A stretch of 32,000 nucleotides of DNA from Methanothermobacter thermautotrophicus str. Delta H (GCF_000008645.1 NC_000916.1:1380001-1412000); one strand, 5' to 3'; counted from the first letter of the stretch, positions 16,306-26,113 are shown. Numbers and translations are program-made. The notes: generated by a model not told the origin, from the letters alone.

Positions 16306-19300
16306 TTAAAGGAATACGTCGAGTGAGCTCTGTTTTGAGCGGTCACTTTCAAAGAGGGAGTTGACACCGTACTCCAGTATCTCGATGCGCTGCATCAGGT
16401 AGGGATCTATGGGATACCTTGATGCGAGTTCCTTTGATATCTCAAGGTACTTTATTACGGAACCCTTGGAGACGGTGAGCACAAGGTTACCCCCGCATCT
16501 GCACTCCCCGCTGAGGGGTATGCGACGGTACTTCCGGTTGCACTTTGTGCACCGGACCTTCTGGCGTGAGAAGGCCCTTATGTTACCCATCATGTCAGGG
16601 AGGAAGTGTGACATGAGGACTCCCTCAACAACACTCCGCTGATCAACAGCCCTTATCTTCTCTGCAAGGGTTATCTGTGATTCCACCTTCTCCTTCATGG
16701 TCGGTAGCAGCTTGTAGAGGCACACCTTCGGACCCTCATCTATCCTGGAGGTGTTATGGGAGAACATGAGGCCAGTGTACTGTTCAGGCTTCCCGAGGCG
16801 CTTCTCAACGTTGTCTATAACATCAAGCACTTCCGATGGCCTCGGGTGGTCAAAACTCCTTTCATAGACCTCCAGGGGTATCATGTCCATGGTGTCTATG
16901 TTGTGGGATTCATCATCGATCTCCTCTGGATCTATCCTGGTGGATAAAACAAGGGGGGCGTCCATGCTGCCACCCCTTGAACTGGGTAGATATGACTTTG
17001 AAAAGTTGAGGAGGGCGTCCAGTAGGAGCATCACCGAGTCCTCATCACTGTCGCAGTTCCTCCTCTTGGCTGAATGGAAGTATGGATGGGCGTAGCATGC
17101 AGATGCACCTGTAAATCCTATGATTCTTCCAAGGACAGCTGCAGAGGTGTGGGGTGCGAGGCCGGCTATCAGGTGACCCACAAGGTCCTCCCTTGTTTTA
17201 ACATTGTAGAACCTTTCAAGGTCATAGAACCTCTCGAGGAGGTCATCGACGAAGTTTGCAACCCTCACCAGGTAGTCTGCACAGTCCTCGGAGATGACAA
17301 CATCCTGGACCCTCAGTTCAAGTATCTGATCCTCATCCTCAAGTTCATCTCCATAACAGTCCCTGGTGTAGCCAAGCTCCCTGAGCCTTTCAACACTCAC
17401 ACCCACCTCACGGGGCGTGAAGTGCGTCAGGGGGAGGTCTGTGGAGTCATGGCGTATCGTGGCATCCTTGAAGGTGTAAACATCATTCTTGGCCCTCAGT
17501 ATACCCTTTTCGAGGGGTTCAGGGAATTTTTCGGCGGATATCATACCCTCAACCCCCTTTATTTCATCTAACTTACGCACCGAAACATTTTCAGCCGCCC
17601 TTTTCAGAAGGGCCGCCAGGTTGATATTTCTCTTACCTGGCTCTCCTATCACGGTCCTTGAGCCGCAGCTCGGGCAGATGGACTGCATGGAGCTGACCCT
17701 GCATGATGGACAGGTGGCACGTCCTATTTCGACAGTAATGGAACCCTTCTTTGCAGCGTCGGGTATGTTGCGCCGGCTACCCCCATACTTTCCGATTGGG
17801 AAGAGGACATGGGGGGCTGGTCTCATCTTTCTCTCCTTGGTCTTTTCAGGCCGCCCGACACGTGTGCCGATGTAGGTGGGGGCCTTCTTCATTATTCTGA
17901 CCGGGGAGACCCTGTTCAGTGCCTCCACAGTATCAGATGAATCCTCAAGGGGCTTCCTGAGGGTCTTTATAAGTGCATGGGCGTCATCATGCCCTATAAC
18001 TACCCTGGAATCCTTCACCCTGTGAGGGACCCCAAGGATCTCCAGTATCCTCTTCTCTGGTCTGAGCTCAAGAACTAGTTCATCCTCCAGCTGTGAGGTG
18101 TTAAGCCACTCCCTGAGCATGTTGAGTTCCCTGACGGTCACATCATGATAGAAGTAGGTGTAGCGTGGATGCAGGGGTACATCGTATTCCTCTGAAATCC
18201 TGAAGGCATCCCCGGCACTCACCTCCAGTTCATTCCAGCGGGTCCTGTAGTATGATAGGTTGAGGGGGTCGTCCCCGGGATATTTAGGGGATGAGAGGAT
18301 GGTCTGTATCCACCACTCCTCACACCAGCCCGCCGGCATCAGGACGTGGTTGTTCCTTAAAAATTCACCGAAGGCCACCAGCATATCACCGAGGAAGAGT
18401 ATCTCCTCAACCTCTGACCTGACCCGGGACGCGGTTTCAGCATCCTCAATCCGTATAACGTCACCGTTCCTGAGTTTGACCACAGGCCCATCTATTGTGT
18501 CGACCGGGACCACACAGTTACCCTTACCTGGCCTTTCGATTTTCATCTGGGTCCCGACGGCCAGAAACTGGAGGAGCTCCATTGTGGCAGGGTGCACCCC
18601 CATGGCTGCAAGGCCGGTGTTACGGGCCCTCCCGTACCTCAAACGGAAGGCACCCTTCTCTGAGGGGTAGGCAAGGACGGGTCTTCCACCTATTATATCC
18701 TCAACGTATTTACTGTCTGCCTTCACAACAACCTTTTCCTCTCCTTCACCCTTCTTGGGTGCCTTTGAGAACTTTTCAAGCCAGTCCCAGCCCTCAAGTT
18801 TCAGCTGCTTGGCGTACTTGAGGACCTTGGGTGCCTTCTGTATAACCCCCTCAACCATGGCCAGGAGGGCGCCCCCACGGATGTTGTTTGTTTCAACCCT
18901 TTCAAGGTCCCTGTGGGACACCTCCACCTTATCCGTGGGTTCCCCTGTCACCTCAACAGGGATTTTGCTGGCTGCAAGGCGCACCTCATCGGGCTTCGGT
19001 GAGTACTGGAGGTTCGTGACCTCTGATTCATAGAGTTCAACCTCCTCAACGTACCTTTCAATCTCCCTCTCTACTGGTTTGTACCTGTCCAGGCCCACAG
19101 CCAGGCGTATGTAATCTGCTATGAGGACTGAGAGGGCTGCGGCTGTACCCCCGGCGCTCCTGATGGGCCCTGCGAAGTACACTGCCAGGTACCGGGATTT
19201 GTCGAAGTTCTCCTTTATCCTGACCCTGGCTATACCCTCAAGGGGCGCTGCAACCACACCCTCAGTGAGTATTGCAAGGGCTGTCCTCAGGGCCTGATCT

Positions 19301-19584
19301 GCCAGTTTTTCCCTCTCCTCGGGATCATCGTCGGGAACAGCCTGGGAGGCTATCTCAGCCGCGATCTGGAATGCAACCTCCTCACGTCCCCTGTCACCTT
19401 CAAGTTCCTTTATTCTCCTGGCTATTCCCTCGGGACCAACAAGCCCCTCAACACGTTCAGCAAGGTCCTTGGCAAGCGGTATCTCAGGGGTGGTGCTTAC
19501 ATCAAGCCCCCTGGCCCTCGCCTTTCTTGCGATCTCATAGAGGCGTTCTGTCTCCCTTTCAAGCTCATTGAAGTAGTCCATCAT
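16306..19584 (-). CDS. polC: DNA polymerase II (PolD) large catalytic subunit DP2.
   Basis: 1092 aa with a typical DP2 N-terminus (MDYFNELE...YEIA...ARGLD) and zinc-finger Cys clusters (CPSC...CPSCG; CTKC...CRCGG). No intein-sized insertion is evident. Confidence 0.95.
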   Translation of the reverse strand: MMDYFNELERETERLYEIARKARARGLDVSTTPEIPLAKDLAERVEGLVGPEGIARRIKELEGDRGREEVAFQIAAEIASQAVPDDDPEEREKLADQALRTALAILTEGVVAAPLEGIARVRIKENFDKSRYLAVYFAGPIRSAGGTAAALSVLIADYIRLAVGLDRYKPVEREIERYVEEVELYESEVTNLQYSPKPDEVRLAASKIPVEVTGEPTDKVEVSHRDLERVETNNIRGGALLAMVEGVIQKAPKVLKYAKQLKLEGWDWLEKFSKAPKKGEGEEKVVVKADSKYVEDIIGGRPVLAYPSEKGAFRLRYGRARNTGLAAMGVHPATMELLQFLAVGTQMKIERPGKGNCVVPVDTIDGPVVKLRNGDVIRIEDAETASRVRSEVEEILFLGDMLVAFGEFLRNNHVLMPAGWCEEWWIQTILSSPKYPGDDPLNLSYYRTRWNELEVSAGDAFRISEEYDVPLHPRYTYFYHDVTVRELNMLREWLNTSQLEDELVLELRPEKRILEILGVPHRVKDSRVVIGHDDAHALIKTLRKPLEDSSDTVEALNRVSPVRIMKKAPTYIGTRVGRPEKTKERKMRPAPHVLFPIGKYGGSRRNIPDAAKKGSITVEIGRATCPSCRVSSMQSICPSCGSRTVIGEPGKRNINLAALLKRAAENVSVRKLDEIKGVEGMISAEKFPEPLEKGILRAKNDVYTFKDATIRHDSTDLPLTHFTPREVGVSVERLRELGYTRDCYGDELEDEDQILELRVQDVVISEDCADYLVRVANFVDDLLERFYDLERFYNVKTREDLVGHLIAGLAPHTSAAVLGRIIGFTGASACYAHPYFHSAKRRNCDSDEDSVMLLLDALLNFSKSYLPSSRGGSMDAPLVLSTRIDPEEIDDESHNIDTMDMIPLEVYERSFDHPRPSEVLDVIDNVEKRLGKPEQYTGLMFSHNTSRIDEGPKVCLYKLLPTMKEKVESQITLAEKIRAVDQRSVVEGVLMSHFLPDMMGNIRAFSRQKVRCTKCNRKYRRIPLSGECRCGGNLVLTVSKGSVIKYLEISKELASRYPIDPYLMQRIEILEYGVNSLFESDRSKQSSLDVFL

Positions 19585-19645
19585 GATACATCACACATAA
19601 ACCTGAACTCCATTGAATTGTCTCTCAGTAATCTGGAGGTCCTTC

Positions 19646-19664
19646 AGTTTCAGCTAGTGAAACT
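19646..19664. promoter_or_regulatory. 19-bp inverted repeat, AGTTTCA-GCTAG-TGAAACT, in the divergent polC/secG promoter region.
   Basis: Perfect 7-bp arms with a 5-nt spacer. It directly abuts the TATA-like TTATATTATAT (19665-19675). Confidence 0.6.
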
Positions 19665-19727
19665 TATATTATATGGTATCTGCAGAGATATAATAAGCTT
19701 TATACATCAAACTTATGGTGATTTTTC

Positions 19728-19886
19728 ATGGCAAAGAAGGATAAGAAGACACTTCCACCCAGCGGTGCAGGTCTTGTAAGGTACTTTGAAGAGGAGACGA
19801 AGGGACCGAAACTCACACCGGAACAGGTAGTTGTGATGAGCATAATACTGGCAGTGTTCTGCCTTGTACTCAGATTTTCGGGATGA
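19728..19886 (+). CDS. secG: Preprotein translocase subunit Sec61-beta (archaeal SecG), 52 aa. Absent from the supplied ORF track because it is under 60 aa.
   Basis: My translation is MAKKDKKTLPPSGAGLVRYFEEETKGPKLTPEQVVVMSIILAVFCLVLRFSG*. It has the conserved S-x-AGL-(I/V)-RY-(F/M)-(D/E)-E box followed by a single C-terminal TM helix. Confidence 0.8.
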   Translation: MAKKDKKTLPPSGAGLVRYFEEETKGPKLTPEQVVVMSIILAVFCLVLRFSG

Positions 19887-19901
19887 TCAAGGAGTGTTAA
19901 G

Positions 19902-21251
19902 ATGGCCATTCATCCAGTTGAATTCAGGTACGGGACACCTGAAATGAGGGTTATCTGGGAGGCTGAAAATAAGCTCCAGAAGATGCTTGACGTTGAGGCG
20001 GCCCTTGCACAGGCAGAGGGCGAACTTGGAATCATACCTGCTGAAGCGGCCTCTGAGATAGTCAGGAAGGCCAGCACAGAATTTGTAACCCTTGAAAGGG
20101 TTAATGAGATTGAGAGGGACACAAAGCATGATATTGCATCCCTTGTAAAGGCCCTTGCAGAGCAGTGTGAGGGTGACGCAGGGGAATATGTGCACTTCGG
20201 TGCAACATCCAATGACATTGTTGACACATCCAATTCCCTGCTTCTCAGGGACTCAATCTCGGTTCTCAGGGATAAACTCACCAGGGTACTTGAGGTTCTC
20301 CTTGCTCTGGCGGATGAAAACAGGGACAGGGTCTGCATCGGAAGGACCCATGGACAGCACGCCCTCCCAACCACCTATGGCATGAAATTCGCCATCTGGG
20401 CAGATGAGATCCACCGGCAGCTGGAGCGCCTTGATGCGTGCAGTGAAAGGCTCTGTGTCGGGATGATGACAGGAGCCGTCGGAACCACAGCGGCCCTGGG
20501 GGAGGAGGGCCTGGAGGTCCATGAGAGGGTCTCAGAGATACTGGGACTCAGACCGGTCCTGATATCCAACCAGGTCGTCCAGAGGGATAACCATGCAGAG
20601 TTCATAATGGTCCTTGCCAACATAGCCACAACCCTTGATAAGATAGCCCTCGAGATCAGGAACCTTCAGAGGACAGAGATAATGGAGGTTGGAGAGAAAT
20701 TTGACCCTGAGAAACAGGTGGGCAGCAGTACCATGCCTCATAAGATGAACCCAATAACTGCAGAGAGGATATGTGGTATTGCGCGTGTTATAAGGTCCTA
20801 TGTTGTCGCGGCCCTGGAGAACAACCCATTATGGCATGAGAGGGACCTCACAAATTCATCATCCGAACGCATAATCCTTCCTGAGGCATGCATCCTCACG
20901 GACTACATACTTAAACTGACACTGGATGTCCTCTGCAACCTCGTCTTCTACCCTGAGAATATTAAGAGGAACCTTGAATTCACAGGAGGCCTGATAATGG
21001 CGGAGAGGCTCATGGCTGAGCTAACAAGGAGGGGCATGGGTCGGCAGACAGCATATGCAGCTGTGCGCCAGTGTGCCATTGAGGCCAGCAGGACAGGAAG
21101 AAGCCTAAGGGATGTGGTCCTTGAGAGGTCCGAGATCATGGATTACCTTACAGTGGAGGACCTTGAGGAGATAATGAACCCTGAGACCTACATCGGATCA
21201 GCCAGGAGGATGGTTGAGAGGGTCCTTGAGGAATCACAAAAATGGCTCTGA
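19902..21251 (+). CDS. purB: Adenylosuccinate lyase.
   Basis: Fumarase/ASL superfamily signature SSTMPHKMNP and a typical PurB N-terminus (YGTPEMR.IW). AGGAG SD about 8 nt upstream of the ATG. Confidence 0.93.
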   Translation: MAIHPVEFRYGTPEMRVIWEAENKLQKMLDVEAALAQAEGELGIIPAEAASEIVRKASTEFVTLERVNEIERDTKHDIASLVKALAEQCEGDAGEYVHFGATSNDIVDTSNSLLLRDSISVLRDKLTRVLEVLLALADENRDRVCIGRTHGQHALPTTYGMKFAIWADEIHRQLERLDACSERLCVGMMTGAVGTTAALGEEGLEVHERVSEILGLRPVLISNQVVQRDNHAEFIMVLANIATTLDKIALEIRNLQRTEIMEVGEKFDPEKQVGSSTMPHKMNPITAERICGIARVIRSYVVAALENNPLWHERDLTNSSSERIILPEACILTDYILKLTLDVLCNLVFYPENIKRNLEFTGGLIMAERLMAELTRRGMGRQTAYAAVRQCAIEASRTGRSLRDVVLERSEIMDYLTVEDLEEIMNPETYIGSARRMVERVLEESQKWL

Positions 21252-21347
21252 TCGGTCTGGAAGACGCATATTCTTCTTAATACCTCAAAAAAATCTTCTC
21301 ATAAATTTTTTATATGTCCTGTCACCATAAATCATTATGGTGATAAG

Positions 21348-22250
21348 ATGGAGTTAAAAGAAATAAAGTCTGTGAGGGTTGTTCCCTACACAATAATGAA
21401 CTCCTCCATAGGGGCGATATGGGCATTCATATTCGCTCTCCTGATCCTTATATTCGCTGGGGCAATTTCATCTGCCCTTCCAGCCGAATTAAGGTCTCTT
21501 GGGGGGATAATTACTGGCATATCCGTCGTTGGACTGGTGGTCCTGCCGGTGGGTGTATTTCTGCTCAGCATCGTGGAATCTTTTCTGAGGGCATACATTT
21601 ACAATGGACTGACACCACGCCTTGGAGGCATCAAGCTTGCTCTGACAGGTATGGAGAAGGTGGAGTCCTTTGACATCGTGAGCACATCACTGATACTCTC
21701 TGCGGTGACAGCGCTTCTGAACCTCATATACCAGCTTTTAGCAGCCCCTCTCCAGTGGATATTCTTCAACACCGTGGCTAACATTGCAAAGACAGTTGAA
21801 CCATCGGCTGTATCAAGCATGGCTGCGGTTGGATCTGCAACGGCACTCGGGACTGTCATAAACATCGTGTTAACACCGGTAATGACCTTCATAGCATCCT
21901 TCGTGATAATTGCCATAGGACTCCTCCTCTACAACTTCCTGGCACCCAGGATAACACCCATAAAACTGAAACTCAGCGATTTCGGTGAGGGCCTTGTGAG
22001 TATAGATGGGATAGAGGCCATACCACTTGGACTCATAACCGGGTCAATCGCTGCGGTCCTTGGTTTGATAGTGGGGCTAATAGCACTGATCATTTTAGCC
22101 ATTGCAGGGGAGTACACTGCAGGTATCCTCATACTTGTGGCTTTAACAGTCGGCGCATTCATCTGGGCATTCATAGCATATGCAGTCACAGCCCTCTTCT
22201 ACAATGTACTGGCACCAAGGATAGGCGCAGTTCAGATAAGGCTCGACTAG
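21348..22250 (+). CDS. Polytopic membrane protein made of three tandem homologous modules, function unknown.
   Basis: Each module ends with YN-x-L-[TA]-PR-[LI]-x-x-[IV]-x-[LI]-x-L (aa 85-99, 195-209, 285-299). Each begins with an E-x-[IVL]-x-S-x-[RD]-[VIG] strand. GGTGAT SD 3 nt upstream of the ATG. Confidence 0.7.
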   Translation: MELKEIKSVRVVPYTIMNSSIGAIWAFIFALLILIFAGAISSALPAELRSLGGIITGISVVGLVVLPVGVFLLSIVESFLRAYIYNGLTPRLGGIKLALTGMEKVESFDIVSTSLILSAVTALLNLIYQLLAAPLQWIFFNTVANIAKTVEPSAVSSMAAVGSATALGTVINIVLTPVMTFIASFVIIAIGLLLYNFLAPRITPIKLKLSDFGEGLVSIDGIEAIPLGLITGSIAAVLGLIVGLIALIILAIAGEYTAGILILVALTVGAFIWAFIAYAVTALFYNVLAPRIGAVQIRLD

Positions 22251-22269
22251 GGGCTTTATTCCCAATTAA

Positions 22270-22280
22270 TTTTTTTCTTT
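22270..22280 (+). terminator. Oligo-T tract (TTTTTTTCTTT) downstream of the 21348-22250 gene.
   Basis: A T7 run 20 nt past the stop codon. Archaeal intrinsic termination typically occurs at oligo-T. Confidence 0.5.
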
Positions 22281-22496
22281 CTGCCAAAAACAGAGAGGAT
22301 GATGCAGAGCCCCTTAATTTCCCTCTATACGAACAGTTCCACGATATGAATGCCTTATTAAATGAATAATATAATAATAATTATTTAAACCCTTATAAAG
22401 GTGTTATTAATCAGCCGATGATTTTTAAGGGGGGCGCGGCACCTTTAATATGGGTGGTGAACATAAAATTACTCAGACATTAGATTCTATAAGGAG

Positions 22497-24827
22497 TTGT
22501 ATGGTGATCCTGTGATTGATGATTCACGTCTTCTGGCTGCAATGCCAACAAAGGCAGAAACATGTGTACTGAAAAATAATGGTGTACGGGAAAAATTCAG
22601 CCATGAAAAGCTCGTAAAATCCCTCCTGAACCTGGGGGCCAGTTTATGGACCTCCGAGAATGTGGCCTCAGAGGTTGCAAGGTCTGTCTACAATGGAATA
22701 ACCACCAAGGAGATAAAGATCCTGGTCTACGACTCCCTCAGAAAGGTGGATGAGGAACTGGCAGATCGTTACCTTGCAGCCAACAGACTCAGGGTGAGGA
22801 CATCAAGGGATAAGATAGAGACCTTTGACCAGAAGAAGATAGAGGACAACCTCATAAGGGAGACTGGCGCCTCAGAGGATGTTGCAAGGGAAATCGCCAC
22901 CGAGGTCTGGAGGGAGCTCAAGAAACTGAACGTGGAATACCTCACAGCCCCCATGATAAGGGAGGTTGTTAACACAAAGCTCATAGAGCACGGCCTTGAG
23001 ACCCTCAGGAAGAGGTACACACGTCTCGGGATCCCGGTCTACAACATCACAAACCTCATAGAGAACGGCTCCAGGGACAACGCCAACATGATCCACAACC
23101 CTGAAACCGTCCACAAGTACGTGGCTGATGAGGCCCTCAAACAGTACACACTCCTCCACATACTCCCCTCCAGGCTCGCAGACGCCCACATGTCAGGTGA
23201 CATACACATCCATGACCTCGAATTCTTCGCTGCACGGCCACTTAACTGCCTGCAGCACGATCTCCGGCTATTCATAAGGCACGGGCTCCGGGTTGACGGT
23301 ACAGGGGACCACACATCAGTTGCAGGACCACCAAAGCACCTGGAGACCCTCATGAACCATGCAGGGGAGATAATGCTGGCATCCCAGCAGAACATGTCCG
23401 GCGGCCAGGCCATGAGCCTCTGGAACGTCTTCGTGGCACCCTTCGCCTCAGGGCTGTCCTATGAGAAGATCAAACAGGCGGTCCAGATGTTCATATTCAA
23501 CCTCAACATGGCCTACGCTGCAAGGGGAAGTCAGGTACCATTCACAAGCATAAACCTGGAGTTCGGGGTCCCGGAGTTCCTTGAGGACGAACCAGCCTAT
23601 GGGCCCCGCGGGGAGTATGCTGGTGTATACGGTGACTTCGCTGAGGAGGCAAGGCTCCTCACAAGGGCCTTCACCGAGGTCCTCCTCGAGGGTGATGCCG
23701 ATGGGAAGCCCCACCTCTTCCCCAACACCATATACTCCCTCCGGAGGGAGACCTTCAGGGGGGAATTCGATGAGGAACTGAGCCTGGTCCATGAACTGGC
23801 ATCCAAGTACGGGACAGCCTACTTCATAAACATGCTGGCGGATTACAGGGGCAAGATGGCAAACTACATGGGCTGCCGTACGAGCCTTGCAGATAACTGG
23901 ACAGGTGACTGGGAGAAGGACTGCCTCAGGACAGGAAACCTTGCCTACATAACCCTCAACCTCCCCAGGATAGCCTACCAGTCACGGGATGATGATGAAC
24001 TATTCGAGTACCTTGATGAGTACATTGACATGGCGGTTGAGGTGCTCAGGATAAGGAGGAGCCAGGCTCAGAGATGCCTGGACGACTACCACCTGCTCCC
24101 ATTCCTCTCCCAGGAGATAGACGGTGAGAGGTACTACCGTATAGAGAATGCGACAATGAGCTTCGGATTCACGGGACTCAATGAGATGCTCGAGTACCAC
24201 CTTGGGGCAGGTATACAGAGCCCTGAAGCCAACAGGTTCGGCCTGAGGGTCATAGAGCACATAAATGAACGTGCAGCTGAACTCAAAAAGGAGACAGGAT
24301 GGCGGTGGAGTGTCCTCCAGACACCTGCAGAGTCCACAGCCCACAGATTCGCAATGCTGGACCATGAGCATTACCCTGAGGAGGCTGTGCTCCAGGGCAC
24401 CGAGGGGGCATACTACTACACCAACTCCAGCCACACACCCGTGAATGCAGAGGTGGACCTTGTTGAGAAGATAAGGATCGAGGAGAAGTACCACCCGCTG
24501 ACACCCGGCGGGCACATATTCAATGCATGGCTGGGTGAGGCGAAACCTGACCCAGCAGCCCTTGAGGGTCTCACCAGGAGGATCTGCAGGAGGAGTGACA
24601 TAGGATTCTGGGCGTACAGCAATGCCCTGAGCTTCTGCCTGAGGTGCAAGACCCTCATGAGGGGTCTGCAGGATTCCTGTGCACGCTGCGGCGAGAGGGA
24701 TGAGGTTGAGTGGTATGACAGGATCACAGGTTACGTACAGCAGGTGGGCCGTGCCAAGTCCTCAAGCGGTGGCTGGAACAGGGGTAAACAGCAGGAACTT
24801 CTTGATAGACGAAGAATAGACCTCTGA
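22497..24827 (+). CDS. nrdD: Anaerobic (class III) ribonucleoside-triphosphate reductase NrdD with two tandem N-terminal ATP-cone domains.
   Basis: Two ATP-cone-like segments (VLKNNGVREKFSHEKL...; VRTSRDKIETFDQKKIE...). C-terminal Zn ribbon CLRC...CARCG followed by the glycyl-radical motif RITGY and WN.GK..E. The start is uncertain (TTG 22497, GTG 22512 or ATG 22542). Confidence 0.9.
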   Translation: MYGDPVIDDSRLLAAMPTKAETCVLKNNGVREKFSHEKLVKSLLNLGASLWTSENVASEVARSVYNGITTKEIKILVYDSLRKVDEELADRYLAANRLRVRTSRDKIETFDQKKIEDNLIRETGASEDVAREIATEVWRELKKLNVEYLTAPMIREVVNTKLIEHGLETLRKRYTRLGIPVYNITNLIENGSRDNANMIHNPETVHKYVADEALKQYTLLHILPSRLADAHMSGDIHIHDLEFFAARPLNCLQHDLRLFIRHGLRVDGTGDHTSVAGPPKHLETLMNHAGEIMLASQQNMSGGQAMSLWNVFVAPFASGLSYEKIKQAVQMFIFNLNMAYAARGSQVPFTSINLEFGVPEFLEDEPAYGPRGEYAGVYGDFAEEARLLTRAFTEVLLEGDADGKPHLFPNTIYSLRRETFRGEFDEELSLVHELASKYGTAYFINMLADYRGKMANYMGCRTSLADNWTGDWEKDCLRTGNLAYITLNLPRIAYQSRDDDELFEYLDEYIDMAVEVLRIRRSQAQRCLDDYHLLPFLSQEIDGERYYRIENATMSFGFTGLNEMLEYHLGAGIQSPEANRFGLRVIEHINERAAELKKETGWRWSVLQTPAESTAHRFAMLDHEHYPEEAVLQGTEGAYYYTNSSHTPVNAEVDLVEKIRIEEKYHPLTPGGHIFNAWLGEAKPDPAALEGLTRRICRRSDIGFWAYSNALSFCLRCKTLMRGLQDSCARCGERDEVEWYDRITGYVQQVGRAKSSSGGWNRGKQQELLDRRRIDL

Positions 24828-24860
24828 GTTTAATATGGTCAGCCACTAACTGAATCTCTC

Positions 24861-24868
24861 TTATTTTT
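24861..24868 (+). terminator. Oligo-T tract (TTATTTTT) downstream of nrdD.
   Basis: A T-run about 35 nt past the stop, in a convergent intergenic region. Confidence 0.45.
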
Positions 24869-25005
24869 GCCGGTATGCCGATAGCTAATTTCTCAGTTGA
24901 ATGACAGAGAACAAACCAGTGCCTCAATTTTCAATATATATTAGAAGGTAGCCAGCCGTGACAGAATGAAAAATAGGAGAGAAGCTGGAGAACCACTGGG
25001 AGGAT

Positions 25006-26109
25006 TCAATCTTCAGGGAACCTCACAGGAACGGTCTGGGACTCTGATGAGCCACCGAATCCATGTGCTATCATGGTGTGCCTTCCTGCACCGCCTGCCA
25101 CAACGAGAACAACATCAGCGGGGCTCCTGGTTATATGGACCATGCCATCCACAATGAGACCCTCATCCAGCTTCCTCCCCCCACGGTCAGCCATCTCTGC
25201 AGGTACAACGGCCCCCTCATGGATATAGTTTTTAACATCATCCCGTGTCCATCCATGGGATGCAAGTGTCTCTGCATGTTCCGGGCTCATAATCACAAGG
25301 AGCTCCCCAGGGACGTGGCTGTTGTTACAGCCGGCGGTGGAAGCTGTATGGATTATGGTGTCAAGGAGGTCCTCGGGCCTCTGGCTACGGTGGTCATTCA
25401 CGTTATGGGGAGCCTCAACCCCCAGGAGGGTCACAGCACTATCCTCCCCTGATAGGCCCCTCTCAACGTGTAAAGGTTCCCAGGGGCTCTCCTCCTCATT
25501 CTCTGCAAGGCAGTAGGTGTACTTTGCAGGGGACCCCATGGTGGCATGGTCCCCAACACCGGGCACAGCCCCGGCTATGTTCATGAGGCAGAGCCTCAGT
25601 GCACGCCCAAGGCTTGCACCTGGAAGGTTTCCAGGTCCAAGGCACCCTGCCCCGGAATTGAAGTTCAGATCCCTGACCACGGGTCCGTTGACCACCACCG
25701 CGACTGATACAGGATGGGTCGTGGCGTTTATACCTGCAAGGTTGAATTCATCCCTTCCGATACCCTCAATGCATGATTCAAGGAGCGGCATCATCTGGGG
25801 TATGCAGCCAGCCATGACAGCATTAACAGCCACCTTCTCCACAGTCGCAATCCCCATCCTGGGGGGTAACGTCGCTATGACATCCCCGGGTTTTCTGGCT
25901 GTGTACCTGTAGAATTTCTCCACACGTCCCCTTGTGGGGGGTATGATGGGGAGACCATCGGTCATCCTCTTCTCATAGAACTCAAGGCTGACCCTCTCAG
26001 GGTCGGGGTCTACCATGACCTTCATATCCTCCTCTGATGAACCGCAGAGCCTGTTATCGTCCAGAAGGTCATCTATGAGGCATCCGCAGGATTTGTCAAT
26101 TTTAACCAA
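25006..26109 (-). CDS. Conserved-looking Cys-rich protein of unknown function (367 aa).
   Basis: Long ORF with coding-like composition. TTG start 4 nt after a GAGGTGA that contains the upstream gene's stop codon. N-terminal CGC-x10-[10 protein letters not shown], and several Cys in Gly-rich contexts ([21 protein letters not shown]). No family recognised. Confidence 0.7.
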   Translation of the reverse strand: MVKIDKSCGCLIDDLLDDNRLCGSSEEDMKVMVDPDPERVSLEFYEKRMTDGLPIIPPTRGRVEKFYRYTARKPGDVIATLPPRMGIATVEKVAVNAVMAGCIPQMMPLLESCIEGIGRDEFNLAGINATTHPVSVAVVVNGPVVRDLNFNSGAGCLGPGNLPGASLGRALRLCLMNIAGAVPGVGDHATMGSPAKYTYCLAENEEESPWEPLHVERGLSGEDSAVTLLGVEAPHNVNDHRSQRPEDLLDTIIHTASTAGCNNSHVPGELLVIMSPEHAETLASHGWTRDDVKNYIHEGAVVPAEMADRGGRKLDEGLIVDGMVHITRSPADVVLVVAGGAGRHTMIAHGFGGSSESQTVPVRFPED

Positions 26110-26113
26110 ACTA

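Noticed and set aside
19700-19909. 69-aa minus-strand ORF.
   Set aside because: It is antisense to the clearly recognisable Sec61-beta gene and to the purB start region.
16306-24827. Inteins in polC (DP2) or nrdD.
   Set aside because: Both proteins have ordinary lengths. I saw no inserted block with intein splicing motifs such as a C-terminal HN followed by a nucleophile.
24930-25157. TATA-like ATATATAT (24935-24942) followed about 25 nt later by ATG 24966 of a 63-aa ORF antisense to the 3' end of the 367-aa gene. This could be an antisense transcript or a leaderless small gene.
   Set aside because: The ORF product has no features, and the AT-rich tract lies in a convergent terminator region where such sequences are expected. 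The sequence alone gives no support.
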